Positions 53,501 through 64,000 of a stretch of DNA of 64,000 nucleotides are shown one piece after another. Position 1 is the first letter of the stretch; each line of letters begins with the position of its first letter. The stretch covers positions 11,656,001 through 11,720,000 of the forward strand of contig NC_043021.1 in assembly GCF_006345805.1 (NCBI RefSeq), written 5' to 3'. The stretch is from Octopus sinensis (Eukaryota). The notes under the pieces were generated by a model. The model saw only the letters and a list, made by a program, of their open reading frames with translations. It did not search any database and was not told where the DNA came from. The position numbers were made by a program, and so were the translations under genes.

Positions 53501-54224
53501 CAACAAGAGTCGGCCTTCTACCAATAATTCAAGCATGGAAGAAGAACGCTGGCTACAGAGGTAAGTTGTATTTCGGGTTCTTCGACCACGCTCCTGACAA
53601 CTTCGCTCACGAGAAGCTTGCTTGTGACAGCATACATATGTACATACATAAATATGTTCATATCTAACTTGAAAACACTTGAGGCTCTGATGAAGCAGTA
53701 AGGTGTTACTCAGGTACTCAACAATGAGTTCACTGCATCTGATAGCAGAAACAGCAGTAAGCTAATGAAGTTCATAAGATAATCAGTTATTCCTTTGTCA
53801 TCTCATTTTCTTATATGTAGTGTGTGTGTGTGTGTATATATATGGAAGCACTCCGTCGGTTACGACGACGAGGGTTCCGGTTGATCCGATCAACGGAACA
53901 GCCTGCTCGTGAAATTAACGTGTAAGTGGCTGAGCACTCCACAGACACGTGTACCCTTAACGTAGTTCTCGGGGATATTCAGCGTGACACAGAGAGTGAC
54001 AAGGCCGGCCCTTTGAAATACAGGTAGAACAGAAACAGGAAGTAAGAGTGAGAGAAAGTTGTGGTGAAAGAGTACAGCAGGGATCACCACCATCCCTGCC
54101 GGAGCCTCGTGGAGCTTTAGGTGTTTTTGCTCAATAAACACTCACAACGCCTGGTCTGGGAATCGAAACCGCGATCCTATGACCGCGAGTCTGCTGCCCT
54201 AACCACTGGGCCATTTCGCCTCCA

Positions 54225-54294
<70 letters not shown>

Positions 54295-54732
54295 TCATCA
54301 TCATCATCATTTAACGTCCGCTTTCCATGCTAGCATGGGTTGGACGGTTCAACTGGGGTCTGAGGAGCCCGAAGGCTGCACCAGGCCAGTCAGATCTGGC
54401 AGTGTTTCTACAGCTGGATGCCCTTCCTAACGCCAACCACTCCGAGAGTGTAGTGGGTGATTTTATGTGCCACCGACACAGTGCCAGACGAGGCTGGCAG
54501 ACGGCCACACTCGGATGGTGTTTTTATGTGCCACCGACACAGGTGCCAGATGAGGCAGGCGAACGGCCACGATCGGATGGTGTTTGTTACGTGCCCACAG
54601 CACGGAGGCAGTCGATGCGGTACTGGCTACGGCCACGTTCGGATGGTTTTCTTGTATGCCACCGGCACTGGTACCACTAAGTGGTACCACAAAGATACAA
54701 ATTCCATTGATATTCATCTATTTTGATTTGAT

Positions 54733-54797
<65 letters not shown>

Positions 54798-55234
54798 TCA
54801 TCATCATCATCATTTAACGTCCGCTTTCCATGCTAGCATGGGTTGGACGGTTCAACTGGGGTCTGAGGAGCCCGAAGGCTGCATTAGGCCAGTCAGATCT
54901 GGCAGTGTTTCTACAGCTGGATGCCCTTCCTAACGCCAACCACTCCGAGAGTGTAGTGGGTGATTTTATGTGCCACCGACACAGTGCCAGACGAGGCTGG
55001 CAGACGGCCACGCTCGGATGGTGTTTTTATGTGCCACCGACACAGGTGCCAGATGAGGCTGGCGAACGGCCACGATCGGATGGTGTTTGTTACGTGCCCA
55101 CAGCACGGAGGCCAGTCGATGCGGTACTGGCTACGGCCACGTTCGGATGGTTTTCTTGTATGCCACCGGCACTGGTACCACTAAGTGGTACCACAAAGAT
55201 ACAAATTCCATTGATATTCATCTATTTTGATTTG

Positions 55235-55279
<45 letters not shown>

Positions 55280-56829
55280 AGGCACACGGCTTAGTGGTTA
55301 GGGTGTTGGACTCAGGATCATAAGATTGTGGTTCAGATTTTTGGACTGGGCAACGTGTTGTGTTCTTGAGCAAAACACTTCACTTCATGTTGCTCCAGTC
55401 CACCCAGCAGTCCACTAGTGGCTGAAACTTCGAAGTCACTGTCAACAACATTCATGTATAAGAATAATAAATTTGGACTCTACAAAAGTATAAAGTAGCC
55501 CATCAGAATAATGTAAAACTTTTTTATTACAACTGAATATAAAAGCAAACAATATATATAGGTGCAGGAGTGGCTGTGTGGTAAGTAGCTTGTTTACCAA
55601 CCACATGGTTCCGGGTTCAGTCCCACTGTGTGACACCTTGGGCAAGTGTCTTCTACTATAGCCTCGGGCCGACCAATGCCTTGTGAGTGGATTTGGTAGA
55701 TGGAAACTGAAAGAAGCCTGTCGTATATATGTATGTGTGTGTGTTTGTATGTCTCTGTTTGTCCCCCTAGCATTGCTTGACAACCGATGCTGGTGTGTTT
55801 ATGTCCCCGTCACTTAGCGGTTCGGCAAAAGAGACAGATAGAATAAGTACTGGGCTTACAAAGAATAAGTCCCGGGGTCGATTTGCTCAACTAAAGGCGG
55901 TGCTCCAGCATGGCCGCAGTCAAATGACTGAAACAAGTAAAAGAGTATATGTACATACGTACATACATATAGTTTATATGTTAGAGACAGGTGTTCTCTA
56001 TATAGAATACACTTTGAACTGCTCAAGAGATTTGAACTTAAGCAGGTACATTTTTTCTATTAAATGTATTTTGATATTCTGTGTAAATCTATTTGCCTAA
56101 CTTCTCATTACATTTACTCATACATACACACACATACACACATGTTTTTATTTTGGTTGAGTCAGTATCTTGCTGCTCTTGGTTTTGTCTGTTTTAGCAA
56201 CTGCAGTTCGAATTTTAATGAATCAATTAAATTCCAACCTGAATTTACATTTAAGAATGAAATAATTTTTCAAATTGCATTTGAGTAGGATTTGATGTGT
56301 GTAACAGATGTTTTAGTGGGTTTTAAAAAAATTTATCGAAGATAATGTAAAATAAATTGGAAAGACTTCCGCCCATTCCCCACCCTCAAATTTTCTCCCA
56401 AATTTGTTTATTTAAAAAAATTTTTTTTGCCAAAAAACCCCTGTTTTCGGATACGGGAGTTCTGGAAAATTGCCAAAAATCTGCATTGTGAAAAGTTCCC
56501 CCCAATTCTTCAATTTTGACTTTGAAAAAAGTAAAATATGAAGGAAATGGTGGTGGTGGAGAGGTAATTTAAAAATGCCGATTTTTGCCAATTTTTTTGC
56601 AGATTCATATTCCCTGTAGCCAAAAAGTGGGGTTTCTGTCAAAAAAAAAATTTTTTTTTTAAGGGGTGGCTTTTCAGGGGAACAGGTGGAAGTCTTGCCA
56701 ATAATTTTTCCTTCATCGTCATTTTTGGCTTGTGAAAGCGATTGATATCTGAGAATTCTTGAATAAATCTGCAGTTATTTTTGTTTGTATCTGTATATAT
56801 AAGTATGTGTATGTATGTATGTATGTATA

Positions 56830-56866
<37 letters not shown>

Positions 56867-57575
56867 GTATGTGTATCTTTAAAGTAGTTTTTGCAAAGAA
56901 TTCTTGATACATTCAGAATATTTTAAAGGAAGATTTTCTTAAGTTAAAAATTATTAATTATGTAAAAGCAATCTTGGAAAAAAATTAGAATGAAGTGAAA
57001 CTTTAGGAAGGAACTTTTCATATTATGTAATTGCTTTCACTATTTATAGCTTTTCAAACACACATGTTATGGGATAATCCATTTGTTTGAAAAGTTGTAA
57101 ACTATGAAAATGTTTACACAATACATAAACATCCTTCCAAAAGGTACAAAAGGTAAGCATTGTTCTGATTTTTTTTTTCTTAGATTTTATATAATTAATA
57201 ATTTTTTAATTGAAGAAAATCTTTTTTCATATGTGTGTGCGCGTGTGCATGCATGCATGCTCATGACTTATAATGCATATGTACATGTATTTTTCAAGAG
57301 CCATTGCCGAAAGTATCCGTTTGGCAAATCTCGAAGTTGACGGCGGAATCATCCGGACAAACTGCCCCGAGCCGTTGCCATCGTCCACGCCGACAGTAAC
57401 GCCCCTGGTGACTCCCAGCTCCGACGAAGATGACCAACTGAGGATAGCCATGGAAATGTCACAGAAGCAACAGCAGGAGGATGAGGTTCGACGGAAAGCC
57501 GAGGAAGAGGTGCGGCAGAAAGCCGAGAAGGAAGAGCTTGATCGCATCCTGCAGCTATCACTAACCGAGAAATAA
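25119..57575 (+). CDS. ANKRD13: ANKRD13-family (ANKRD13D/B-like) ankyrin-repeat and UIM ubiquitin-binding protein; 13 coding exons in window, 5' exon missing
   Basis: Joined exons 25119-25254, 27922-28046, 32540-32585, 33962-34015, 34675-34764, 37142-37325, 38663-38729, 39581-39739, 41799-42081, 44127-44285, 46469-46572, 53481-53560 and 57299-57575 give 1764 nt in one frame. Recognised motifs: [78 protein letters not shown] and C-terminal [10 protein letters not shown]. Confidence 0.95.
25751..25815 (+). pseudogene. Degenerate partial copy of the 27922 exon and its acceptor
   Basis: caactatttgttactccag|ttcttcatgaaatgacaggcacaagaaaccc versus caactacgtttccag|ttcttcatgaagcaactggcacaggggaccc; reads [13 protein letters not shown] versus [13 protein letters not shown]. 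Confidence 0.7.
26157..26410 (+). mobile_element. tRNA-headed SINE-like element containing a hammerhead-like motif (second full copy 41178-41475; body-only copies 26420-26578 + and 40915-41090 -)
   Basis: A box TGGCATAGTGG, B box GAGTTCAATTC, (AAT)n spacer, then GACAC-CTGATGA-AGGCTGG...CAGCC-(G/A)AAAC-GTT-GTG. Confidence 0.65.
27021..27418. mobile_element. Two tandem piggyBac-type MITE copies (partial copy at 24803-24925)
   Basis: TTAACCCTTT starts at 27021 and 27190; ends AAAGGGTTAA. Confidence 0.7.
27922..28046 (+). CDS. ANKRD13: ANKRD13 exon (ankyrin repeat)
   Basis: TTTCCAG acceptor; (V)[41 protein letters not shown]; GTAAGT donor. Confidence 0.93.
28407..28629. mobile_element. Mariner-type MITE
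   Basis: TA-flanked ~30-bp TIRs: TGAGGGTGTGTTGGAAAGTTCCTGGCTTT and AAAGCCAGGAACTTTTCAACACCACCTCG. Confidence 0.8.
32540..32585 (+). CDS. ANKRD13: ANKRD13 exon
   Basis: TTACAG acceptor; [15 protein letters not shown]; GTAAGT donor. Confidence 0.93.
33962..34015 (+). CDS. ANKRD13: ANKRD13 exon
   Basis: TAG acceptor; (V)[17 protein letters not shown]; GTAAGT donor. Not in the ORF track. Confidence 0.92.
34675..34764 (+). CDS. ANKRD13: ANKRD13 exon
   Basis: TTTCAG acceptor; (G)[29 protein letters not shown]; GTAAGC donor. Confidence 0.92.
35537..36170 (-). mobile_element. hAT-like non-autonomous element end with an internal ~47-bp tandem array (about 8 units, 35537-35910)
   Basis: Terminus reads CAGTGGTTCAAAACC on the minus strand; a matching end (CAGTGATTCTCAACC) lies at 4500-4547; the array unit contains GGGTCCA. 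Confidence 0.6.
37142..37325 (+). CDS. ANKRD13: ANKRD13 exon
   Basis: CAG acceptor; (C)[19 protein letters not shown]...[24 protein letters not shown](R); GTACGT donor. Confidence 0.9.
38663..38729 (+). CDS. ANKRD13: ANKRD13 exon
   Basis: CAACAG acceptor; [22 protein letters not shown]; GTAAGA donor. Confidence 0.93.
39581..39739 (+). CDS. ANKRD13: ANKRD13 exon
   Basis: TTTTAG acceptor; [53 protein letters not shown]; GTAAGT donor. Confidence 0.92.
41799..42081 (+). CDS. ANKRD13: ANKRD13 exon
   Basis: CTACAG acceptor (an alternative in-frame CAG lies 12 nt downstream); [12 protein letters not shown]...FKATLWL...LPAGFPVKI; GTAAAC donor. Confidence 0.88.
42718..42984. repeat. Near-perfect inverted repeat, 125-bp arms with a 17-nt spacer
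   Basis: 42718-42842 versus 42860-42984; two mismatches found by eye; flanked by (TA)n. Confidence 0.92.
44127..44285 (+). CDS. ANKRD13: ANKRD13 exon
   Basis: TTCAG acceptor; (E)[18 protein letters not shown]...[12 protein letters not shown]; GTGAGT donor. Confidence 0.92.
45730..46052 (-). mobile_element. RTE-clade LINE ORF2 C-terminal fragment
   Basis: [24 protein letters not shown]...ADHVAR...W, with in-frame stops. Confidence 0.8.
46135..46368 (+). mobile_element. SINE family C, representative copy (also 39107-39320 +, 21047-21280 -, 47655-47858 -, 1-130 -, and the array after the stop codon)
   Basis: Head GGCGAGCTGGCAGAAACGTTAG...GAGTTCAAATTCC plus central GTCGACTTTGCCTTTCATCCTTTCGGGGTCGATAAATTAAGTACCAG, which resembles the conserved Deu/Nin-type SINE domain (from memory, not aligned). 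Confidence 0.8.
46469..46572 (+). CDS. ANKRD13: ANKRD13 exon (UIM1)
   Basis: TGCAG acceptor; (G)[34 protein letters not shown]; GTAAAT donor. Confidence 0.92.
51913..52640. mobile_element. Three head-to-tail piggyBac-type MITE copies
   Basis: Each runs TTAACCCTTT...AAAGGGTT; short related spacers separate the copies. Confidence 0.75.
53481..53560 (+). CDS. ANKRD13: ANKRD13 exon (start of UIM2)
   Basis: Long CT tract plus TGCAG acceptor; [26 protein letters not shown](R); GTAAGT donor. Confidence 0.92.
54290..55240. repeat. Direct tandem duplication (~445 bp) of an RTE-tail-type repeat, separated by (TA)n
   Basis: 54290-54735 and 54795-55240 are almost identical. The same family occurs at 5280-5460, 29430-29605, 40500-40880 and 43320-43740. 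Confidence 0.88.
55560..55945 (+). mobile_element. SINE family B, representative near-complete copy (also 8957-9280, 12265-12640 -, 33260-33600, 37760-38008 -, 49786-50180, 61395-61775, 63833-64000 and fragments)
   Basis: tRNA-like head GGTGCAGGAGTGGCTGTGTGGTAAG...GGTTCAGTCCC, CORE-like ACCTTGGGCAAGT, internal (TA/TG)n and common tail ending ATGACTGAAACAAGTAAAAGA. Confidence 0.85.
56357..56701. mobile_element. MITE-like element
   Basis: Inverted ends TTGGAAAGACTTCCGCC and GGTGGAAGTCTTGCCAA. Confidence 0.45.
57299..57575 (+). CDS. ANKRD13: ANKRD13 last coding exon (end of UIM2, UIM3, UIM4, stop)
   Basis: TTTTCAAG acceptor in phase 2; AIAESIR...[13 protein letters not shown]...[14 protein letters not shown] then TAA. 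Confidence 0.92.
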
Positions 57576-57669
57576 ACCAGCTCAGCATCACTATCATTGC
57601 TATTGCTATCATTATTATTACTATTACTATTATTATTATTACTATTATTATTATTATTATTACTACTAC

Positions 57670-58634
57670 TATAGGGTGTGGTTGGCAGAATTGTTTGAAC
57701 ATGGGGGTAAAATATTGCCTTGCAGCATTTCTTTTGGATCTTTACATTCTGGGTTCATATCTCAACAAGGTCAACTTTGCCTTTCACCCCTCCAGGGGTT
57801 GATAAAATGAAGTACCAGTCAAGTACTGGGGGCCGATGTAATCAAGTAACCCCCCTCCTCGCAAAATTGCTGGTCTTGTGCCCAAATTAGAAACAGTTGT
57901 TGTTGTTGTTAGTATTATTATTATTGTTATTATTATTATTATTATTATAATACCTAAGGTGGTGAGCTGGCAGAATCGTTAGCATACTGGACGAAATGCT
58001 TAGCGGTATTTCACCCGCCACTACATTCTGAGTTCAAATTCCGCCGAGGTCGACTTTGCCTTTCATCCTTTCCGGGTCGATAAATTAAGTACCAGTGAAA
58101 CACTGGGGTCGATGTAATCGAGAAGTCCCTTCCCCCAAAGTTGCTGCCCTTGTGGCAATATTTGAAACCATTATTATTATTATTATTATTTATTATTACT
58201 GAGGCGGCGAACTGGCAGAATTCTTAGCACGCTGGACGAAATGCTAAGCAGTATTTCACCTGTCTCTTTACATTCTGAGTTCAAATTCCATCGAGGTCGA
58301 CTTTGCCCTTCATCCTTTCAGGGTTGATAAAATAAGTACCAGTTGAAGATTGGGGTCGAAGTAATCGACTAGCCCCACCCCCCATCTCAGGCCTTGTGCC
58401 TATAGTAGCAAGGATGATGATTATTATTATTATTATTATTATCATTATTAAGGCGGTGAACTGGCAGAATCGTTAACGTACTGGGAAAAATGCTAAGCAG
58501 CATTTTGTCCATCTTTATACATTCTATGTTCAAAATCAGGGTCGATAAAATAAGTACCAGTTGCATACTGGGGGTCGATGTAATTGACTTACACCCTGTC
58601 CCAAACTTGCTGGCCTTGTGCCAAAATTTAAAAC

Positions 58635-58674
<40 letters not shown>

Positions 58675-59401
58675 TTATATATTTATTTATTTTCATTGTT
58701 GTTGTTCATATTTATTTTCATTGTTATCATTATTTTTTTTTTTTTTGATTATTATTAACAAGGATAGTGGTGGATTGGCAGAATCTGTTGAGCATCAGAC
58801 AAAATGCCCTGTGCTATTTATTTGACCTCTTTCTAAGTTTCTGAATTAGAATTTCACTGGGTGGGGTGGGGCTGGGGGAAGTAAAGGTGGGGGGGTCAAA
58901 TTTGTCTATCATCTTTTCAGGTGTGGGGGGGGGCGGTGGTTCTCGGGGGAGGGGGGATGGAAATAAAATACAGTTAAGCGGTCATTAGTACTGGCAGAGG
59001 AGAGGGACTGATTTCAATGACTGCTCTCCTACAAAAAGCAGAAAATTTTTAAAAAAACAACCAAACAAAAAATTGTGGCTCTGTATGTTAGAGAAAAAAA
59101 AAAATTGATTATTATTACCATTGATATTTTTTAATATTTATTATCATATTATTATTATTATTATTATTTGTCATTTTTATGATTATTATTTTTATTACTA
59201 TTATAATATAAAAAGAAATGAAACAGCCAAAAAATAAACTTGTGAAAAAAAAAAGCAAAAACAAATTTAAAAAAAAAAGCAACAACATTCTTGATTTCAA
59301 TAAAACTATAAACAATTTTAAGTTTCAAGCTGAAGTGGTGTCCCTTACAAATGTCCATAAGTCCCTTTGTATTTATTGTTATTATTATTATTATTATTAT
59401 G

Positions 59402-59440
<39 letters not shown>

Positions 59441-59652
59441 GAGGTGGTAAGGTGGCAGAATTTTTAGCATGCTTGACAAAATGTTTGGCAACATTTCATC
59501 TGTTTTTGTTCCGAGTTCAAATTTTGCAGAGGTTCACTTGCTTTTCATCCTTTTAGGGGTCAATAAAATAAGTACCAGTTGATCACTGGGGTGTCAAGTA
59601 ATTGACTCGTCCCCTCCCCACAGATTTCAGGCCTTGTGCCAATATTTGAAAC

Positions 59653-59694
<42 letters not shown>

Positions 59695-62460
59695 AGGTGG
59701 CAAGCTGGCAGAATCGTTAGCATGCTGGACGAAATGCTTAGCAGTATTTCAACCGTTGCTACATTCTGAGTTCAAATTCTGCAAAGGTCGACTTCACCTT
59801 TTATCCTTTCAGGGCCAATAAAATAAGTAGCAGTATTATTGGATTGGTGTAATTGTTACAGTGTCTTCCAAGATGCTTTGTGACATTTGTGTCAGCTCTT
59901 TACGTTCCAAGTTCAAATCCTGCCACGGTAATCTTAGCCTTTCATCCTTCCAAGGTTGATAAAGTAACAGCCAAGATTTAATCAACTGTAGCCCTCCACA
60001 CACACAGATACACAAATTTCTAGCATCATCATCATCATCATTATTATTATTAGTATTAAGGTGATAAGCTGGCAGAATTGTTAACACACTGGACAAAACC
60101 CTTACTAGTATTTCGTCTGCCACTATGTTCTGAGTTCAGATTCCGCTGAGGTTGACTTTGCCTTTCATTCTCTCAGGGTCGATAAAATAAAGTACCCGTG
60201 AAACACTGGGGTCAATGTAGTTGACTTAATCCCTTCCCCCTTGTGACAAAAGTTTGAAATCATCATTATTATTATTATTCGGCGGCGAGCTGACTGAATT
60301 GTTAGCACGCCAGGTAAAATGCTCAGTGGTGTTTCACCTGTATTTGCATTCTGATTCAAATTCCAGCGGGGTTGGCTTTACCTTTGATCCCTTCAGGGTC
60401 AATAAAATAACAGTTGAGTACTGTTCCTTAAAATTTTGGGCCTTGTGCCTATAATATGAATGATTATTATTATTACAGTAGAAATCATCATCGTCATCAT
60501 CATCATTATTATTATTATATAATGTGGTGAGCTGGCAGAATCATTAGCATGCTGGATTAAATGCTTAGCTGTATTTCACCCATCACTACGTTCTGAGTTC
60601 AAATTCCACTGAGGTCAACTTTGCTTTTCATCCTTTCAGGGTCGATAAATTAAGTACCAGTGAAACGCTGGGGGTCGATGTAATCGACTAGTCCCCCTCC
60701 CTACAAATATGAGGCCTTGTGCCTCCAGTAGAAAGGATTATTATTATTATTATTGGTGGTAAGGTGGTGAGCTGGCTGAATCATTAACATGCCAGACAAA
60801 ATGCTTAGTGGCATTTCGTATGTCTTTATGTTCTGAGTTCAAATTCCACCGAGGTTGACTTTGCCTTTCATCCTTTTGGGGGTCAATGAAATCAACTATC
60901 CCCCTCCACCAAAATTTCAGGCCATATGCTTATAGTAAAAAGGGCCATTATTATGGGTGTTAAGAGTAGAAGTATCATTAGAGCATCAGACAAAACAGTT
61001 TGCAGGTTTTGTTCCAGCTCTCTGTTCTGAGTTCAAATCTTACCCAGGTCAACCTTATGTGTTATCCCTCCAGGGTCAATAAAATAAAGTACTGTCCAAG
61101 TACGGGGGTCGATGCTGTAGACTGACTCCTTTACTGCTTCCTCACCCCACTTGTGCGTGAATTAAAAGCAATTATTTAGGGCGGGTGGGTATATGGAATC
61201 ATTAGTGTATCAGGCAAGATGGCTCGTGGCATTTGTGTGTTCAAATCCTGCTGAGGTTGACTGCCTTTTTAAGGACAATGCAATAAAGTACCAGCCCAGT
61301 ACCTGGCTAAATGGCATCAACTAACCCCTTTCCCATCAAAATTGTCAACCTTGTATCTTAATTAGAAATCATTTCAACATTAATGGCATCGTAGGTGTAG
61401 GTGTGGCTGTGTGGTAAGAAGCTTGCTTCCCAACCACATGGTTCTGGGTTCATTCCCACTGCATGGCACCTTGGGCAAGTGTCTTCTACAGTAGCCTTGG
61501 GCGGACCAAAGCCTTGTAAGTGGATTTGGTAGATGGAAACTTAAAGAAGCCCATCGTATATATATATAAATATATATTTGTGTGTCTGTGTTTGTCTCCC
61601 CCCACTATCACTTCACAACTGATGTTGGTGTATTTACTTCCCCATAACTTAGTTTGTTTGGCAAAAGACCCCGATAGAATAAGTACTAGGCTTACATAGT
61701 CCTGGGGTCGATTTTTTTTTTTTTTTTTTACTAAAGGTAGTGCTCCAACATGGCCACAGTCAAATGACTGCAACAAAAGAATATTTTGACACTGGCCCAG
61801 TAGTTTCTGATGAGGGGTGAGTTAATTACATTGACCCCCAGCATCTAAATGGTAAGGATGAAAGACATAGTCAACCTCAGCTGAACTTGAACCCAGAACA
61901 TAAAAACAGAATAAATGGCGTTAAGGATTTTGTTCAACACACTAATGATTCTGCCCGTTTGTCACTTTAATGATAATTATAAAAATCCCTTCTGCTAAAA
62001 AAAGTACAAGGCTTGATAATTAAGGGAGGAGGTGGGGATAGTCAATTACACCAACCCCAATGCTCAACTTGTACTTATTTTATTTCCACCCCCACAAAAT
62101 GATAAAATAGAAAGTCAACTTGGTAGGATTTGAACTCTGAATGTAAAACTGGAAGAAATAATGCTGAGCATTTTGTCCAGTGCATTAACAGTTGTGCCAG
62201 CTCAATTTAATAATAATAATAATAATAATTGTTGTTGTTGAGTTGGCAGAACTGTTAGCATGCTGGGTTAAATGCTTAGCAGCATTTCATCTGTCTTTAC
62301 GTTCTGAGTTCAAATCCTGTCAAGGTTGACTTTGCCTTTCATTCTTCCAGCGTTGATAAAATAAGCACCAGTTGAACACTGGGGGGCGTCAATGTAATCA
62401 ACATACCCACTCCCACCTGAATTTGCTGGCGTTGTGCCAAAATTTGAAACCATTATTATT
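57670..62460 (+). repeat. Cluster of about 15 diverged family-C SINE copies separated by (ATT)n
   Basis: Heads near 57675, 57958, 58202, 58452, 58768, 59442, 59696, 60059, 60281, 60524, 60762, 60960, 61180 and 62240; opposite-strand copies at about 61820-62205. Confidence 0.85.
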
Positions 62461-63786
62461 ATTTATTATTGTTGTTATTATTATTATTATCCCTGATTCT
62501 CACATATTTGACAATCGTTTTTTTTTTTTTTTTCTGTCACACCTGTCAGTGGTCCCTTCCTCCTCCCATGTTGATATATCCCACCCTGTGCTCTTTTCAA
62601 GTTAAAAAATGCAAAATTGAAACCCCTGACTTCTTTTGTTTCAGGATTCCCTTTTCCCTACCAACTCCACCCCCCCTTTTTTTTTTAATTTATGCTTTGA
62701 ATATATTTATAATTATTTCTCCCTCCCACATCACCCCTGTACCCCCCTCTTTTTTTTTGTTAGTTTGTTGCTTTCCCCCTGTCTCTTCTTGTGTTCCCCA
62801 CTCTATGTACTGTGTGTGTGTGTGTGTGTGAGCAAGGTAAGGTCATCTCCAGTATAAGTGATCCAAAGTAGTCATAGGTGTGTCATATACAGTGTATATG
62901 ACACACATGTATGGCTCTTCTCCAAGAAGATTCTCATTCTCAGTACCTCATTTGATTTTTTTTTTTTTTTTTTTTTGGTTTTAGATTGAAAGAGATAAAG
63001 GCTTCAATTAAAAACGTATTCAAAACTAGAATTCATAATTGGTTGAAGTGATCCAAAAATTTCATAAATGAATACACACACACATGCATCTGTGTGTGTG
63101 TGTTTGTGTGTGTGTGTGTGAGAGAGAGAGAGAGGTTTGAAATTCAGTTTCCTTGATCTGATGTATCCAAGTAGACTGTTCCGAGTTTTGTTTTTTCAAG
63201 TTCATCTTAAGTGTGTCTTTCTATCTCCCCTTTGGTTTACCAAGTCATTGGAAGCCACACATACACATTTGTATATATGTTATGTATAGGAAACAGTGCT
63301 TCAGTATGCTGTTAGCCACGATGAAAAAGCTAACTCACAAACATACAAACTATAACCACTGATGTATCATACTTTTTGTCTGGAGATAGAGATAATATCT
63401 TCAGATGAATACCATGGTAAATTTGCCTTTTTGCAATGTATTTGTATTAAGTATGATACACAGATGACTCTTTTAATCTAAAACTGCTTCTGTTGCATAT
63501 AAGGGATTTATATATATGTATGTATGTATGTATGTGTGTAAATTTTGATCTCCATTTGTTTTTTATACCTATTTCACACCTGGAATCATCCTTGAGTCAG
63601 ATCTACAATCTAAATTGGATTTGGTACTTAGATATCTACATACCTATGGTATGTTACAAACACATAATACCTCATGGTTGTTATAGCTCTCTGTGAATCC
63701 TATGTTATGGTACCTAGCCAGTTCTGGCATCCTATCTGCTGATGCACCTAGATTCTAATGAATTCTATAACTATATATATGTATGT

Positions 63787-63828
<42 letters not shown>

Positions 63829-64000
63829 CATACGTGCAGTTGTGGCTGTGTGGTAAGAAGCTTGCTTCCTAACCACATGGTTCTGGGTTCAGTCCCACTG
63901 CTTGGAACCTCGGGCAAGTGTCTTCTACTATAGCTTCAAGCTGCCCAAAGTCTTGTGAGTGGATTTGGTAGACGGACTCTGAAAGGAGCCCATTGTATAT

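Noticed and set aside
58800-59300. G-run and A-run rich stretch as a regulatory element
   Set aside because: Looks like a family-C SINE copy with inflated homopolymers, probably lower-quality sequence; 56400-56690 is similar.

Overview
Eukaryotic, AT-rich, microsatellite- and SINE-dense DNA. The repeat landscape is typical of an octopus (coleoid cephalopod) genome; that assignment is inferred from repeat content. One protein-coding gene is supported: a + strand ANKRD13-family gene, most like ANKRD13D/B (ankyrin repeats, central ANKRD13/GPCR-chaperone domain, four UIMs). I read 13 GT-AG coding exons from 25119 to 57575 with mutually consistent phases (1764 nt, 587 aa plus stop). The first coding exon was not found and probably lies upstream of the window. 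The rest is intronic or downstream: several tRNA-derived SINE families, RTE and R4/Dong-like LINE fragments, a mariner remnant split by nested insertions, piggyBac-, mariner- and hAT-type MITEs, Helentron-like elements and simple repeats. The most notable unexplained signal is about a dozen minimal type-I hammerhead-ribozyme-like motifs from several repeat families. They include a tRNA-headed SINE carrying such a motif, a G3-C8 core variant at the apex of a 125-bp inverted repeat, and a family with a CUGUNGA core. Also notable are a degenerate partial copy of an exon (possible poison exon) and an orphan, undecayed RT fragment inserted in another repeat. Most ORFs in the supplied track are microsatellite artefacts.
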